DNA from: a virus
IMG/VR virus record: IMGVR_UViG_3300020446_001812
Span: 32,001 to 96,000 of that record
Length of the DNA stretch: 64,000 nt
Reading direction: 5' to 3' (one strand)
The position numbers and the translations under genes were made by a program. Positions 19,307 through 29,629 of this stretch are shown piece after piece (within the stretch, counting starts at the first letter, position 1; each line of letters starts with the position of its first letter). Under the pieces are notes generated by a model. That model was not told the DNA's origin. It searched no databases and saw only the letters and a list, made by a program, of their open reading frames with translations.

Positions 19307-19974
19307 TGAAAAAACTTGCGGTATTTGGTTGTAGTTGGTCATATGGTGTTCCTGGTGTAGGTGAAAAACGTAATAGATTATATGACTGCTGGCCTATAAG
19401 ATTTGCCTTGCAAAATAAGGATTATGAGGTGTATAACTTTGCTAGAGGTGGTACGTGTGTAAATTGGAGTATTGCAAGATTATTACAATTTTTACAAACA
19501 CCTTTATCAAAAGATTGTAAAATTGTTTTTCAAGTTACACAACCATATAGATTTACTTCTAATGTAGATGTTTGTACACAAGGTAATTACAATTTTTTAC
19601 AATACGAAAATTATTTTGTAGATAGAGGTACAGATCCTATTACGCATATGCCTGGAAATATAGCACTTAGAAAATCCGTAGAAGCAAAACTTTATAGAAG
19701 TATGATAAAACATTATCCTGATACATATAGTTTTATTGAGCATGAAGCACAAATTGCTTACCTAAAAAATATTTGTGATTTTGTTTATAGGCATAATTCT
19801 ATAAATTATAAAATTTTACCAAATTTGCAAAACGAGCATACAAAAATATTTAATGTAAGAGAAAAACTTACTAAGGTAAAATGGAAAGAATATGTTGCTG
19901 ATGCTGGTGATCATTTTGGTCCTGATGGATTAGAATGGATAGCAAACATAGTCAAGGAAAAACTTAATGACTAA
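19306..19974 (+). CDS. SGNH/GDSL-like hydrolase or acyltransferase
   Basis: FGCSWSYG, NFARGG, C-terminal DAGDHFG. Confidence 0.6.
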   Translation: MKKLAVFGCSWSYGVPGVGEKRNRLYDCWPIRFALQNKDYEVYNFARGGTCVNWSIARLLQFLQTPLSKDCKIVFQVTQPYRFTSNVDVCTQGNYNFLQYENYFVDRGTDPITHMPGNIALRKSVEAKLYRSMIKHYPDTYSFIEHEAQIAYLKNICDFVYRHNSINYKILPNLQNEHTKIFNVREKLTKVKWKEYVADAGDHFGPDGLEWIANIVKEKLND

Positions 19975-21148
19975 TACACTTTGTCCTGCACCGTGGGAAC
20001 ACCATTGTGTTAACACTAATGGTCGTAATAGGCTATGTTGTAATGCTGTGACAAGTGCATCTAAGTTTTTAGATGGGTTCGAAGAATATTGGAATGGAGA
20101 AGAATTACAAAAAGTCAGACAACAAATGATTGCTGGAGAGCGTCCAGACGCTTGTATAAGTTGTTGGAACAAAGAAGATGCAGGCATAAAAAGTTTACGT
20201 CAAGGAATGATAGAAGGTTTAAAAAATAGAGAAGGAGAATGGGAAAAATTTACAAATGATTTAAATTATGTTCATAAATATCCATTATCTTTGGATTTGA
20301 AGTTAGGAAACTATTGTAATTTATCGTGTCGAATGTGTAGTAGTTATAGTAGCAGTACATATGCATTAGAATTTAAAAAAATCCTTAAGGAAACAGGAAT
20401 AGACCTTGGTATAAATGATTATGAAAAGTATAATGTACAATCTAAATGGTATAACGAACCTAAATTTGTAGATACAATTAAAAAAATGATAAATGATGGA
20501 TTACGACATCTAAAATTTACAGGAGGCGAACCATTAATGGTACCATCTGTAAAAAAATTATTAAATTATTGTATTGAACAGAATAAAGCAAAAAATATAG
20601 AACTTGTACTGATAACTAATGGCACACTACTAAATCAAGAGTGGATAGATATTTTTGCACATTTCAAAAATATTTCAATAATTTTTAGTATTGACGGCAC
20701 TGAGGATACATTTGAATTTATAAGACATCCTGCCAAATGGATGGTTATAAAAGAAAAATTAAATTTATTAGATAAGATACAAGATGATAAATTTTTTATA
20801 TGTATTTCCTTCACATATCAAATATATAATATACTTCAAATTAGAAATATGATAGAATTAATTAGAGAGCATAAAATTAGCATAAGTCCTACAATTTTAG
20901 ATACACCTAATTATTTAGATGTAAGTTATGCACCTGATGCTTTGAAGAATGTTGCTATCACAATGATTGATAATATTAATCCATTAAATAATACGGAAAA
21001 GATATTTCTACGGGACTGCAAAAATGCATTAGGTAGAAATATTTTTGATAAAGATAAAAGTAAAAAAATGATAGAGGTTACATTGTTGAAAGACAAGTAC
21101 AAAAATCAAAACTTTAGTGACACAGAGATAAGCAAATATTATGATTAA
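19967..21148 (+). CDS. Radical SAM protein with N-terminal Twitch/SPASM domain
   Basis: CNLSCRMC, TGGEP, ITNG; N-terminal LCPAPW...RLCC...ACISCW. Confidence 0.9.
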   Translation: MTNTLCPAPWEHHCVNTNGRNRLCCNAVTSASKFLDGFEEYWNGEELQKVRQQMIAGERPDACISCWNKEDAGIKSLRQGMIEGLKNREGEWEKFTNDLNYVHKYPLSLDLKLGNYCNLSCRMCSSYSSSTYALEFKKILKETGIDLGINDYEKYNVQSKWYNEPKFVDTIKKMINDGLRHLKFTGGEPLMVPSVKKLLNYCIEQNKAKNIELVLITNGTLLNQEWIDIFAHFKNISIIFSIDGTEDTFEFIRHPAKWMVIKEKLNLLDKIQDDKFFICISFTYQIYNILQIRNMIELIREHKISISPTILDTPNYLDVSYAPDALKNVAITMIDNINPLNNTEKIFLRDCKNALGRNIFDKDKSKKMIEVTLLKDKYKNQNFSDTEISKYYD

Positions 21149-22292
21149 ATGTTGGGCAACAGAAAATAGTGTGCAAATTGATCCACAAGGTTTTGTCAGG
21201 CCTTGCTGTAAGTTTGAAGGAAATTTTGGCAAATTTGAAAACTACGATAGCATAGATGCTATACTGAATGGTAAAGATTATACTTTACTTCGTAAACGGC
21301 ATTCATTAGGAAATATGACAAAAGCATGCTGGAGATGTAAAGAAGCAGAAGATAGGGGTTATAGGAGTAGACGCCAGGCATATGAAACTAGATATAGCGA
21401 AAATGATTTTCAATTAGACATAAGTCCTGGATTATATTGTAACCTGAAATGTAGAATGTGTGGCCCTATTAACAGCACAGGTTGGTTTAGTGATAACGAT
21501 AAGTTATATGATTTAGGCATTCATGGCATGCATAGTAGTAAATATAACGTTTATAACATGCCTCAGTATGATGTAGATAAGATAGTAAAGTTTATTGAAT
21601 CCAACACAAAAAATATTGATATAGAGTTGAAAGGTGGAGAGCCTTTAATGTTGCCAGCAACAAAACATTTACTCCAGACATTATCAAAATGGGGAGATAG
21701 AATCCAAATTAATATGATTACAAATGGAACATATACTCCCGATTGGCTGCCGAACATATTGGAAAAATTTAGAATGGTAACTATAGGTATTAGTGCTGAC
21801 GGTGTAGGCGAAGTTTATAATTATATAAGAGGTGATGAAGTAAAAAATACGTGGAAAGTATTTCAAAAAAATATATCTTGGTATAAAAAATTAAAATGTA
21901 AGATAAGATTTAATTTTACTTTGCAGAATACAAATATCCATCATTTATATAAATTTGCAAATGAAGTAGGAGCAGAGAATGTACATGTTATAAATTTAGT
22001 AAATCCTAAATTTAATTCAATTAAAATTATTCCTAAACAAGCACGTGCCTATATATTAGATCAAGTAGAACCTTGGATAGATATCTTAGGTAAACATCAC
22101 CTTTATTATCAAAAAAAAGATGCACTTATTATTAAAAAAGAATTACTTAGAGACGAAGAAGTAGATTTAAAATTATATAATGAATATATTACTTACAACG
22201 CCCATTTAGATAAATTGAGATCACAAAATTTATTAGAAGTTGTTCCGCATTTAATTACAACAGAAGGTAGAAAATTGTATGAGTCAATCTAA
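21141..22292 (+). CDS. Radical SAM protein with N-terminal Twitch/SPASM domain
   Basis: CNLKCRMC, GGEP, ITNG; N-terminal KCW...RPCC...ACWRC. Confidence 0.9.
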   Translation: MIKCWATENSVQIDPQGFVRPCCKFEGNFGKFENYDSIDAILNGKDYTLLRKRHSLGNMTKACWRCKEAEDRGYRSRRQAYETRYSENDFQLDISPGLYCNLKCRMCGPINSTGWFSDNDKLYDLGIHGMHSSKYNVYNMPQYDVDKIVKFIESNTKNIDIELKGGEPLMLPATKHLLQTLSKWGDRIQINMITNGTYTPDWLPNILEKFRMVTIGISADGVGEVYNYIRGDEVKNTWKVFQKNISWYKKLKCKIRFNFTLQNTNIHHLYKFANEVGAENVHVINLVNPKFNSIKIIPKQARAYILDQVEPWIDILGKHHLYYQKKDALIIKKELLRDEEVDLKLYNEYITYNAHLDKLRSQNLLEVVPHLITTEGRKLYESI

Positions 22293-23436
22293 AACTTTTT
22301 GTATATTACCATGGATGCATCTTGCTACAAATGCAAGCGGAAATCTGCGTGTTTGTTGTAATAGCACACCTGGCGAAAATTTTATTATGAACAACGATAA
22401 ACCTTTCAAGATTCAAAAAGATGATTTAGAAGTTGCTTGGAATAGTCCTACATATAAAAAAATTAGATCTGAGTTGTTAAATGATATACGACCTAAAATG
22501 TGTACAAGATGTTTTAGGGAAGAAGATTCAGGTATTAAAAGTGCTAGACAAGGATGGAATGAAAAATGGAAAGAGGATATTGAATATATTATTAATGCAC
22601 CTTTTAATATTAAGTATGTAGACATACGCTTAGGAAATTTGTGTAATTTGAAATGTAGAATGTGTAATCCTTACGCAAGTAATCAATGGGTAAAAGAATG
22701 GAACTTAATAGAAGACGCTTTAAGTCCGTCGGAATATAATAGATTAAAAAGTATGGACTGGCCTGAGAACAAAAAAACATGGCAAAATTTGTTTAGTCTT
22801 GCAAATACAGTAGAAGAAATATATTTGACAGGCGGCGAGCCTACTATAATAAAAGAGCAACATAAATTATTAGATTACTTAATAAAAAATGGACAAAGTA
22901 AAAATATTAAATTAAAATATAACACAAATCTTACTAATGTTCCTAAACACTTGCTAGATAAATGGTTGAAGTTTAAAAGAGTGCAATTAAATTGCAGTAT
23001 AGATGCCACAGGTGAACTAGATAGATATATTAGATATCCTAGTAATTGGAATAAAATTGTTGAAAATTTTGAAACAGTAAGGAAGTTACCTAATGTTGGA
23101 ATAGAAATACATTGTACAGTACAGATGTACAACATACTTAGACTGCAAAATTTAATTGAATGGGCAACTCCATATAATCATAAAATTTATTTCAACATAT
23201 TAAATCATCCTGAGTATTTGAATATTAGATGCTTACCTCAGGATTTAAAGGCACAAGTTCAAAGTACATTAAATAATTATATAGAATTACCTAAAGTAAA
23301 AGGAATAATAAATTATATGTTTGCAGAAGATTGGAGCAATAAATTACCAAAATTTAAGCAATATACTGAGGAGTTAGATAAAAGCAGGAACGAAGATGTA
23401 TATAAATTACTTCCAGAATTAAAGGAGATATTATGA
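22279..23436 (+). CDS. Radical SAM protein with N-terminal Twitch/SPASM domain
   Basis: CNLKCRMC, TGGEP; N-terminal FCILPW...RVCC...MCTRCF. Confidence 0.9.
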   Translation: MSQSKTFCILPWMHLATNASGNLRVCCNSTPGENFIMNNDKPFKIQKDDLEVAWNSPTYKKIRSELLNDIRPKMCTRCFREEDSGIKSARQGWNEKWKEDIEYIINAPFNIKYVDIRLGNLCNLKCRMCNPYASNQWVKEWNLIEDALSPSEYNRLKSMDWPENKKTWQNLFSLANTVEEIYLTGGEPTIIKEQHKLLDYLIKNGQSKNIKLKYNTNLTNVPKHLLDKWLKFKRVQLNCSIDATGELDRYIRYPSNWNKIVENFETVRKLPNVGIEIHCTVQMYNILRLQNLIEWATPYNHKIYFNILNHPEYLNIRCLPQDLKAQVQSTLNNYIELPKVKGIINYMFAEDWSNKLPKFKQYTEELDKSRNEDVYKLLPELKEIL

Positions 23437-24164
23437 CAGATAAAAAAGTACCATTAGCCCAAAGACATGCACAAGCAAATTATTGGTTTAATTTCAAAAG
23501 AGATCCTTCATCTGTTGAACCTAGTGCAGAAGATATTAAATGTGAATTACAACTACAAGCATTAAGTGATTTTGAGAGATTAAAATTTGATATAGATTAT
23601 GACCAGTTTAGAAAACAAATGAAACCCTATGAGGATTCGTGGGTACCTTATTTACAGCGTGAAGGTTTGAGTAATCCAAGACAAGGATTATGCTTATTTG
23701 GATTACCTGGTGATTCTTGTAGTGATAGTTTAAGTTTGCCTGAGGCTAGAATAAGAACAGGAAATAAACAATTACATGAATTAGACTTTAATACACCCAC
23801 GCAACTATATAAAGATTTGACTTGCTTACACGAGTTAGTAGGATATTGGAATCCAATAGGTCGAAGTATGCTTGTAAAAACTAACGAAGGTGGATATTTC
23901 CCTCCACATAAAGATCATCCTTTACTTAACAGAACATGTTTTAGAGTAATTGCATTTATTGGACATCACGTTGATCACGAAGCATATGAATGGGAAATGA
24001 ATGGCAGGGTTTGGAGAATCAAACAGAATGCATCTTATTATGTAGATACAAGGAAAACACACAGGACACATAGTTGGCAAAATGATAGTATACATTTAAT
24101 TATGAATGTGCCTAAAACATGGGAAAACGTAATGAAATTAATGGCAGTGACCAAAAATTTCTAG
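23433..24164 (+). CDS. 2OG-Fe(II) oxygenase, aspartyl/asparaginyl beta-hydroxylase-like
   Basis: GGYFPPHKD (HxD) ... YYVDTRKTH ... IHLIMN. Confidence 0.65.
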   Translation: MTDKKVPLAQRHAQANYWFNFKRDPSSVEPSAEDIKCELQLQALSDFERLKFDIDYDQFRKQMKPYEDSWVPYLQREGLSNPRQGLCLFGLPGDSCSDSLSLPEARIRTGNKQLHELDFNTPTQLYKDLTCLHELVGYWNPIGRSMLVKTNEGGYFPPHKDHPLLNRTCFRVIAFIGHHVDHEAYEWEMNGRVWRIKQNASYYVDTRKTHRTHSWQNDSIHLIMNVPKTWENVMKLMAVTKNF

Positions 24165-24166
24165 CG

Positions 24167-24195
24167 TTGACAAAAAAAGTGTTGTGTGTTATAAT
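24167..24195 (+). promoter_or_regulatory. Perfect sigma70 consensus promoter TTGACA-17-TATAAT
   Basis: TTGACA 24167-24172 and TATAAT 24190-24195. The ATG at 24201 follows almost immediately, suggesting a leaderless transcript. Confidence 0.85.
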
Positions 24196-24200
24196 TATAT

Positions 24201-25328
24201 ATGAATGAAGATTTAAAATGGAGTAACTATGACTTTACCAAAATCCCGTTTGAGGACATTGTTAGTGTCGGCCAGCGGACACTCTTATATAGAGACCTGT
24301 TTACTGTTAGCTGGCTCCTCGGAAGATTCTGTAACTACAGATGTAGCTACTGCTGGCCCTACGCAAGAAGCGACAGAAAAGATCATAGACCAACAGAACT
24401 CTGTCTTAAAACAATAGATAGTATAAAGGAGCAAGCACGTGGAAATGGCTTTAATAGTTTTCATTTTTCTCTTAGCGGCGGCGAGCCTACCTTTCACCCT
24501 GGATACTTGGACATACTCAACTATCTCGCTGATGATGTTAGCAACACTAATTACACTAGTGTTCATATGACTTCTAATTGTTCAAGACCTATGAAATGGT
24601 TTGAACAATATGTAGAAGTTGCTAAACCTTTTCACAGGGCTAGTATTACAGCAAGTCTGCATACAGAGCATGTAAATACAAAAGATAAGATGCAAGACTT
24701 TGCAGACAAACTTATTTTTTGTCAAGAGCATGATATACAAATTACAATTAATCAAGTTATGGTTCCGGAATGGTTTGAAAGAGATTGGGAAAACGCCCTT
24801 TTCTTTCACGAACAAGGAATCAACGTTACTCTTAAGCCGCAATCAGATCCTACTGCAAGTCGTGTTGTCGATGGTTATAAAAAAGAAGATTTAGAAAAAT
24901 TATGGAATGGCATGCCTCAACGTGCATATACTGAAAGTAAACGTAAATGGGCAGAAAGACCTAAAGCAAAATGGTTAAGTTGGAAAGATTTCAACACTGA
25001 AGAATCTGTACCGCCACATTTTCAAGTTGAATTTGAAGATAGCAAAGGCAAAAAATGGTATATGGATCAGGCAGAAAGATTTAATGCTTTTAATTTTAAC
25101 AAGTTCAAGGGCTGGAGATGTAATGCAGGATTCAGCGGAATAATTATAAGAGAACCTGACGGTAGTATTAAAAGAAGCTATTCTTGTCATGATGATCCTT
25201 TAGGAAACATTGAAACAGGATTTAAACTTTTTAATGCGCCTCAAACCTGCATAACAGATAGTTGTGTTAGTTCGGCTGACAGTAAAATACCAAAAAGGAA
25301 AACTAATGCGTCAACAACAGCAGATTAA
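24201..25328 (+). CDS. Radical SAM protein with C-terminal SPASM-like domain
   Basis: CNYRCSYC, SGGEPTFHP; C-terminal WRCNAG...PDG...SC...TC...C. Confidence 0.9.
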   Translation: MNEDLKWSNYDFTKIPFEDIVSVGQRTLLYRDLFTVSWLLGRFCNYRCSYCWPYARSDRKDHRPTELCLKTIDSIKEQARGNGFNSFHFSLSGGEPTFHPGYLDILNYLADDVSNTNYTSVHMTSNCSRPMKWFEQYVEVAKPFHRASITASLHTEHVNTKDKMQDFADKLIFCQEHDIQITINQVMVPEWFERDWENALFFHEQGINVTLKPQSDPTASRVVDGYKKEDLEKLWNGMPQRAYTESKRKWAERPKAKWLSWKDFNTEESVPPHFQVEFEDSKGKKWYMDQAERFNAFNFNKFKGWRCNAGFSGIIIREPDGSIKRSYSCHDDPLGNIETGFKLFNAPQTCITDSCVSSADSKIPKRKTNASTTAD

Positions 25329-26001
25329 CAAAATAAAACAAACTCATAGTGACCCTACACAGTTTGTAAATATTCTTTCTGAAGATAAGATAAATTTTTT
25401 AATTGAACATTATGAACAATCGGATAAAAAAATAGAAAAAAATACAGGACCGATTATGCTTACTGTAAACGAAGGTGATGGCATAATAGATGATATATTA
25501 AAATTACTTAGACAAATGTATGGAAATTTTAATGTGCGTTCTGCCCATTTTTTTGATGTGAAAGATCCGCATATCATACATGTAGATGATGGCAAGGAGT
25601 TACCAGATAGTTTTAAAGCATTTACAATTCCTTTACGAGTAATTGGCAATGATGCAAGTAAGGCTAAATTAATTATGTTTGACCAATATTACTATGGCGG
25701 TGCAGCCAAGTTTATGAAAAATGGTCCTGCAGTCAAAAAAACTTTTTATAATACGCATTTGTACATTTATGACGATGTGCAAGGGTTGAATGACAAAGGT
25801 ATTCCCGAAGAATATAAAGGCATGTTAAGTCATCTCAAAGAATCTTGGTATGATGGCTTGAGTATTAAAAGTTATTTTCCATGGACTATCGGATCTATAA
25901 TTTGTTTTGATAGTTTAAGATTACATTGTGCAAGTAATTTTAAGACAGAAAATATAGAAAGGAAACTAGGCCTAAGTATTTTTACCACTCAGCCTAATTA
26001 A
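25306..26001 (+). CDS. 2OG-Fe(II) oxygenase-like (DSBH) protein
   Basis: IIHVD (HxD) ... FDSLRLH. Paralog of 18437-19306. Confidence 0.6.
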   Translation: MRQQQQINKIKQTHSDPTQFVNILSEDKINFLIEHYEQSDKKIEKNTGPIMLTVNEGDGIIDDILKLLRQMYGNFNVRSAHFFDVKDPHIIHVDDGKELPDSFKAFTIPLRVIGNDASKAKLIMFDQYYYGGAAKFMKNGPAVKKTFYNTHLYIYDDVQGLNDKGIPEEYKGMLSHLKESWYDGLSIKSYFPWTIGSIICFDSLRLHCASNFKTENIERKLGLSIFTTQPN

Positions 26002-26003
26002 TT

Positions 26004-26471
26004 ATGGAATTAGTAATTAGTGAATTACATTTGAAAAAGCCACCTTGGACTTTGAGAAATAAATTAATTGCAGAACATTTAGAACCAAATAAATCTGTAA
26101 TTGATATAGGAGGTGGAGCCGGAGATATTTTGAAATATTACAAGCCTAGTAAATATTGTAATATTGATGGGATGCCAGTTGATAATGTTGATATTATTTT
26201 AGATTTAGATTCAGATTATCATTTGGAATTAGAGGAAGGTTGGGATTATTCTATCAACAGTGGCATCTTAGAATGGGTAAAAAGGGTAGACTATTTCTTA
26301 GACAAACAAAAAAATTTAGCAAACAATTATATTTTTACATGGCATCACGATCCATTATGGGGAAGGATGAGTTTTAGTCGAATAGAAAGTATAATTAATG
26401 AAAATTATATTATAAATGATACCATACCTTGGGGCGGTAAGCAAAAAATATATAAATGTAAAGCAAAATGA
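26004..26471 (+). CDS. Class I SAM-dependent methyltransferase
   Basis: VIDIGGGAG motif I; SGILEWV. Confidence 0.75.
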   Translation: MELVISELHLKKPPWTLRNKLIAEHLEPNKSVIDIGGGAGDILKYYKPSKYCNIDGMPVDNVDIILDLDSDYHLELEEGWDYSINSGILEWVKRVDYFLDKQKNLANNYIFTWHHDPLWGRMSFSRIESIINENYIINDTIPWGGKQKIYKCKAK

Positions 26472-27490
26472 AGAAATGTGTCTATCCTAATAATATTTTA
26501 ATTGTAGGTAACGATGGTTACACTGATTCCTGTCCATTAGAAACTGCTAATTTACGTTTAGAAAATATTAATCAAGGAATACAAAAATCCTGGCAAAGTC
26601 CAAAGTATGCTGATTTTAGAAATAATTTAGAAGAGTATCTTAATAATAAAGATAAAATATGTTGGCAGTGCAACATGCTAGAAAAAAATGGTGGTATTAG
26701 TTTAAGAACAGAAACACCATTAATCACAGATTCTCCAGAACTGAAGGCTATCCAGTTTAAGTTAAGTAATCGTTGTCAACTTGTTTGTGCTCATTGCGGA
26801 CCTAATTTAAGTAGTAGTTGGGGTAAATTTGTTGGCCAAAAAAATTATATTAAGCAGTTTGAAATCAAGGATCATGTATTAGATGAACTTAAAACATTAG
26901 TCCCACAAATGAACTTTATAAGATTTACAGGTGGAGAACCATGGATGGATCCAATGCATTGGAAAATACTTAAATCCTTAAAAGGTATAGATAAAAAAGA
27001 CTGTGAATTACATTATATAACCAACGGACTATCAACTATAAGACCTGAACTATGGGAGGGTTGGAAGAAAATACAAATTATGTTAAGCGTTGATGGGTTT
27101 GGTGAAAGCTATGAATGGTTCAGAAGACAGGCATTGTGGAAAGATCTTTTACAAGCATATGAAAATTTATCTAAGCATCCAAATGTTAAATTAAAAATTA
27201 ATTTTTCACTTACACCATGGACAGTAGATAGTCTAGCATCTGCGAAAGAATATTTTCAAAATCCATTTTTAGTTGTTCCGATTATGTCACCTTGGCATTG
27301 TAGTTTAGGAAGTTTGACCGAAGACGAATATAATAATTTGGGCTTGACAAAGTACGTAGAATATAGTAAAATAATAGGAAGTAATCCAAAAGGTGCAAAA
27401 TATTTAAAGACCTGGGCGTTAAGTTGGGACAATAGATGGAATACACCAGGATTAGCAGAAAAGGTACATCCATGGTTGAACAAAATATAA
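26468..27490 (+). CDS. Radical SAM protein with N-terminal Twitch/SPASM domain
   Basis: CQLVCAHC, TGGEP, ITNG, SVDG; N-terminal KCVYP...DSC...ICWQC. Confidence 0.9.
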   Translation: MKKCVYPNNILIVGNDGYTDSCPLETANLRLENINQGIQKSWQSPKYADFRNNLEEYLNNKDKICWQCNMLEKNGGISLRTETPLITDSPELKAIQFKLSNRCQLVCAHCGPNLSSSWGKFVGQKNYIKQFEIKDHVLDELKTLVPQMNFIRFTGGEPWMDPMHWKILKSLKGIDKKDCELHYITNGLSTIRPELWEGWKKIQIMLSVDGFGESYEWFRRQALWKDLLQAYENLSKHPNVKLKINFSLTPWTVDSLASAKEYFQNPFLVVPIMSPWHCSLGSLTEDEYNNLGLTKYVEYSKIIGSNPKGAKYLKTWALSWDNRWNTPGLAEKVHPWLNKI

Positions 27491-28092
27491 CAACAGCTAT
27501 AGTAAACAAAAAAACACAATCTAAAGAAATTCTTGATTTTTGCGGATATGCAAGTACATTTACTAATGATCCTGCACATGTAAATATGTACCATAAAAAT
27601 TGGGCAGACAGACCAGAAACGTTGCCATACTTAATTTATATAAGTGAACGATTTAGAAATAATAACGGCGACTTTTATGTTTTAAAAATTAATAATGTAA
27701 TTAAGGCAATATCGGGCGTACAAATTAGTCCATTTGATACTAATGTAGCAATGGCAGGCATAAGGAGTTGGATAGATCCTAGTCTACGAGCTAAAATGTA
27801 TATAGGACACCACCTTTTACCTTTACATTTATCTTGGGCAAAAGAAAAGGATTTAAAAACTATTTTGTTATCTTTTAATAGTTATAACAAACGGTTGATG
27901 AATTATTTTAAAAGATCAGGTATGGGAGTGCCTAAACAGCGTAATGAAACAAGATTATTTAATAACGGTGTACATGAAGTTCCGTTTAGTGTAGATATAC
28001 AATATACAGAGCAATGGGTGTTGTACCACAAAATAGACGAGTCTTACGAACCTGATTGGAAAAAAATAATGTGGAATAAAAATAGTCGATAA
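27472..28092 (+). CDS. GNAT-like acyltransferase
   Basis: AISGV...GIRSWIDPSLR..YIGHHLL....WAKEKDLKTILLSFN resembles GNAT motif A/B. Confidence 0.45.
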   Translation: MVEQNITTAIVNKKTQSKEILDFCGYASTFTNDPAHVNMYHKNWADRPETLPYLIYISERFRNNNGDFYVLKINNVIKAISGVQISPFDTNVAMAGIRSWIDPSLRAKMYIGHHLLPLHLSWAKEKDLKTILLSFNSYNKRLMNYFKRSGMGVPKQRNETRLFNNGVHEVPFSVDIQYTEQWVLYHKIDESYEPDWKKIMWNKNSR

Positions 28093-28095
28093 ATA
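28088..28095 (+). promoter_or_regulatory. Late promoter GATAAATA
   Basis: Motif lies 5 nt before ATG 28101. Confidence 0.5.
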
Positions 28096-28100
28096 GCTAT

Positions 28101-28859
28101 ATGCAAGATATTATAAAATCAAACACCAACACTTTATCTTATATACAATACATTGCATTGTTCATTGTTGTTGTAGGGTTTGTCTATGTGGATTTTACCT
28201 GGCAATTCATTGCATTATCGATATTAAGTTTTTATATATTTTCTATACTTGGTTTGAGTTTGACGTTGCATAGATATTATAGTCATAAGAATTTTGAATT
28301 CAAGAACAATATTTTGCGTAAATTATTTACATATATTGCTATATTAGCAGGTAGGGGTAGTCCGTTAGGATGGGTCTACATACATAGAATACATCATAGG
28401 CATGCTGATACAGAATCAGACCCGCATGGACCTAAGACTACTGGTTTAAGATTTTTTGGATTCAAACCTAAAGATACAGAAAATAAAATGAAGGTTTTTT
28501 TAGTAAAAGATTTACTTAATAAAGAACAATTATTTTATCATAATTATTATTTGTTGTTTATTTTAGGATTTATGGCTATTCTTGGTATAATAAATTTTGA
28601 TTTTTTATATTTTGGTTACGCTATTCCGTTACTTGGTATACAATTTAGTCAAAACTTTTTTAACTTTTTTGCACACAAATTAGGGTATAGAAATCATAAT
28701 ACTAAAGATGATAGTACTAATAATATTTTACTATGGCCTCTTATTTGGGGAGATGCATGGCACAATAATCATCACAACAATTTAGCTAAATTTACTACAA
28801 AAGAAAAATGGTGGGAATTAGATCCTGTTGTGAGTATAGCAGGAGTAATTAAAAAATGA
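28101..28859 (+). CDS. Membrane-bound delta-9-type fatty acid desaturase
   Basis: His boxes HRYYSH, HRIHH..D...DPH, HNNHH; transmembrane helices; WWELD. Confidence 0.9.
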   Translation: MQDIIKSNTNTLSYIQYIALFIVVVGFVYVDFTWQFIALSILSFYIFSILGLSLTLHRYYSHKNFEFKNNILRKLFTYIAILAGRGSPLGWVYIHRIHHRHADTESDPHGPKTTGLRFFGFKPKDTENKMKVFLVKDLLNKEQLFYHNYYLLFILGFMAILGIINFDFLYFGYAIPLLGIQFSQNFFNFFAHKLGYRNHNTKDDSTNNILLWPLIWGDAWHNNHHNNLAKFTTKEKWWELDPVVSIAGVIKK

Positions 28860-29626
28860 ATTATTTAAAAAGTAATACAATAGTTGCACAAATAGTTCTT
28901 GCTATATCATTAGCTGGAACAATTTTTGGTTATTACAGTTACGGCATTACATTAGGAACCGTATTACTGCCTATATTAGGATACTTTTTATATGTAGGTT
29001 TAGGAATAAGTGTTACCTTTCACAGACAACTTACGCATAGATCATACAAAACACATCCTTGGATTATAAAATTAGGAACAATTCTTGGAACATTAAGCAA
29101 CACAGGAAGTAGCATTGTGTGGGTAGCAATACATATGAATCATCATAGACACGCAGATACTGAAAAAGACCCTCATAGTCCAAGACATCAAGGATTAAAA
29201 ACTTTTGCATTAGAGTATGATTTAGACACAAGCCGAGTGAAATGGAAAATGAAACATCTAATAGGAGATCCATTTCATATGTTTCTACACAAATATTATT
29301 TTGCAGTAATTGCTCTATGGAGTTTAATTCTATATATTATTGGCGGATTTTATCTAATGGTATTTCTACATTGGTTTCCAATGATAATAAGCGGAGCAAT
29401 GAGTAATATTGTAAACTATATAGGGCATAAACCTAATTGGTGGGGTGGCTATCGTAGATATAATACACGAGATGATAGTATAAACAACTGGCTATGGGCG
29501 ATTCCAAGCTGGGGAGAAACATTACACAACAATCATCATAAAAGACCTTATTCATACAGCCATGGTGAAAAGTGGTGGGAAATTGATATTGGGGCATATA
29601 TTGTTAAGCTAATAAAGGCTAGATAA
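28856..29626 (+). CDS. Membrane-bound delta-9-type fatty acid desaturase (tandem paralog)
   Basis: His boxes HRQLTH, HMNHH..D...DPHSP, HNNHH; WWEID. Confidence 0.9.
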   Translation: MNYLKSNTIVAQIVLAISLAGTIFGYYSYGITLGTVLLPILGYFLYVGLGISVTFHRQLTHRSYKTHPWIIKLGTILGTLSNTGSSIVWVAIHMNHHRHADTEKDPHSPRHQGLKTFALEYDLDTSRVKWKMKHLIGDPFHMFLHKYYFAVIALWSLILYIIGGFYLMVFLHWFPMIISGAMSNIVNYIGHKPNWWGGYRRYNTRDDSINNWLWAIPSWGETLHNNHHKRPYSYSHGEKWWEIDIGAYIVKLIKAR

Positions 29627-29629
29627 TAT

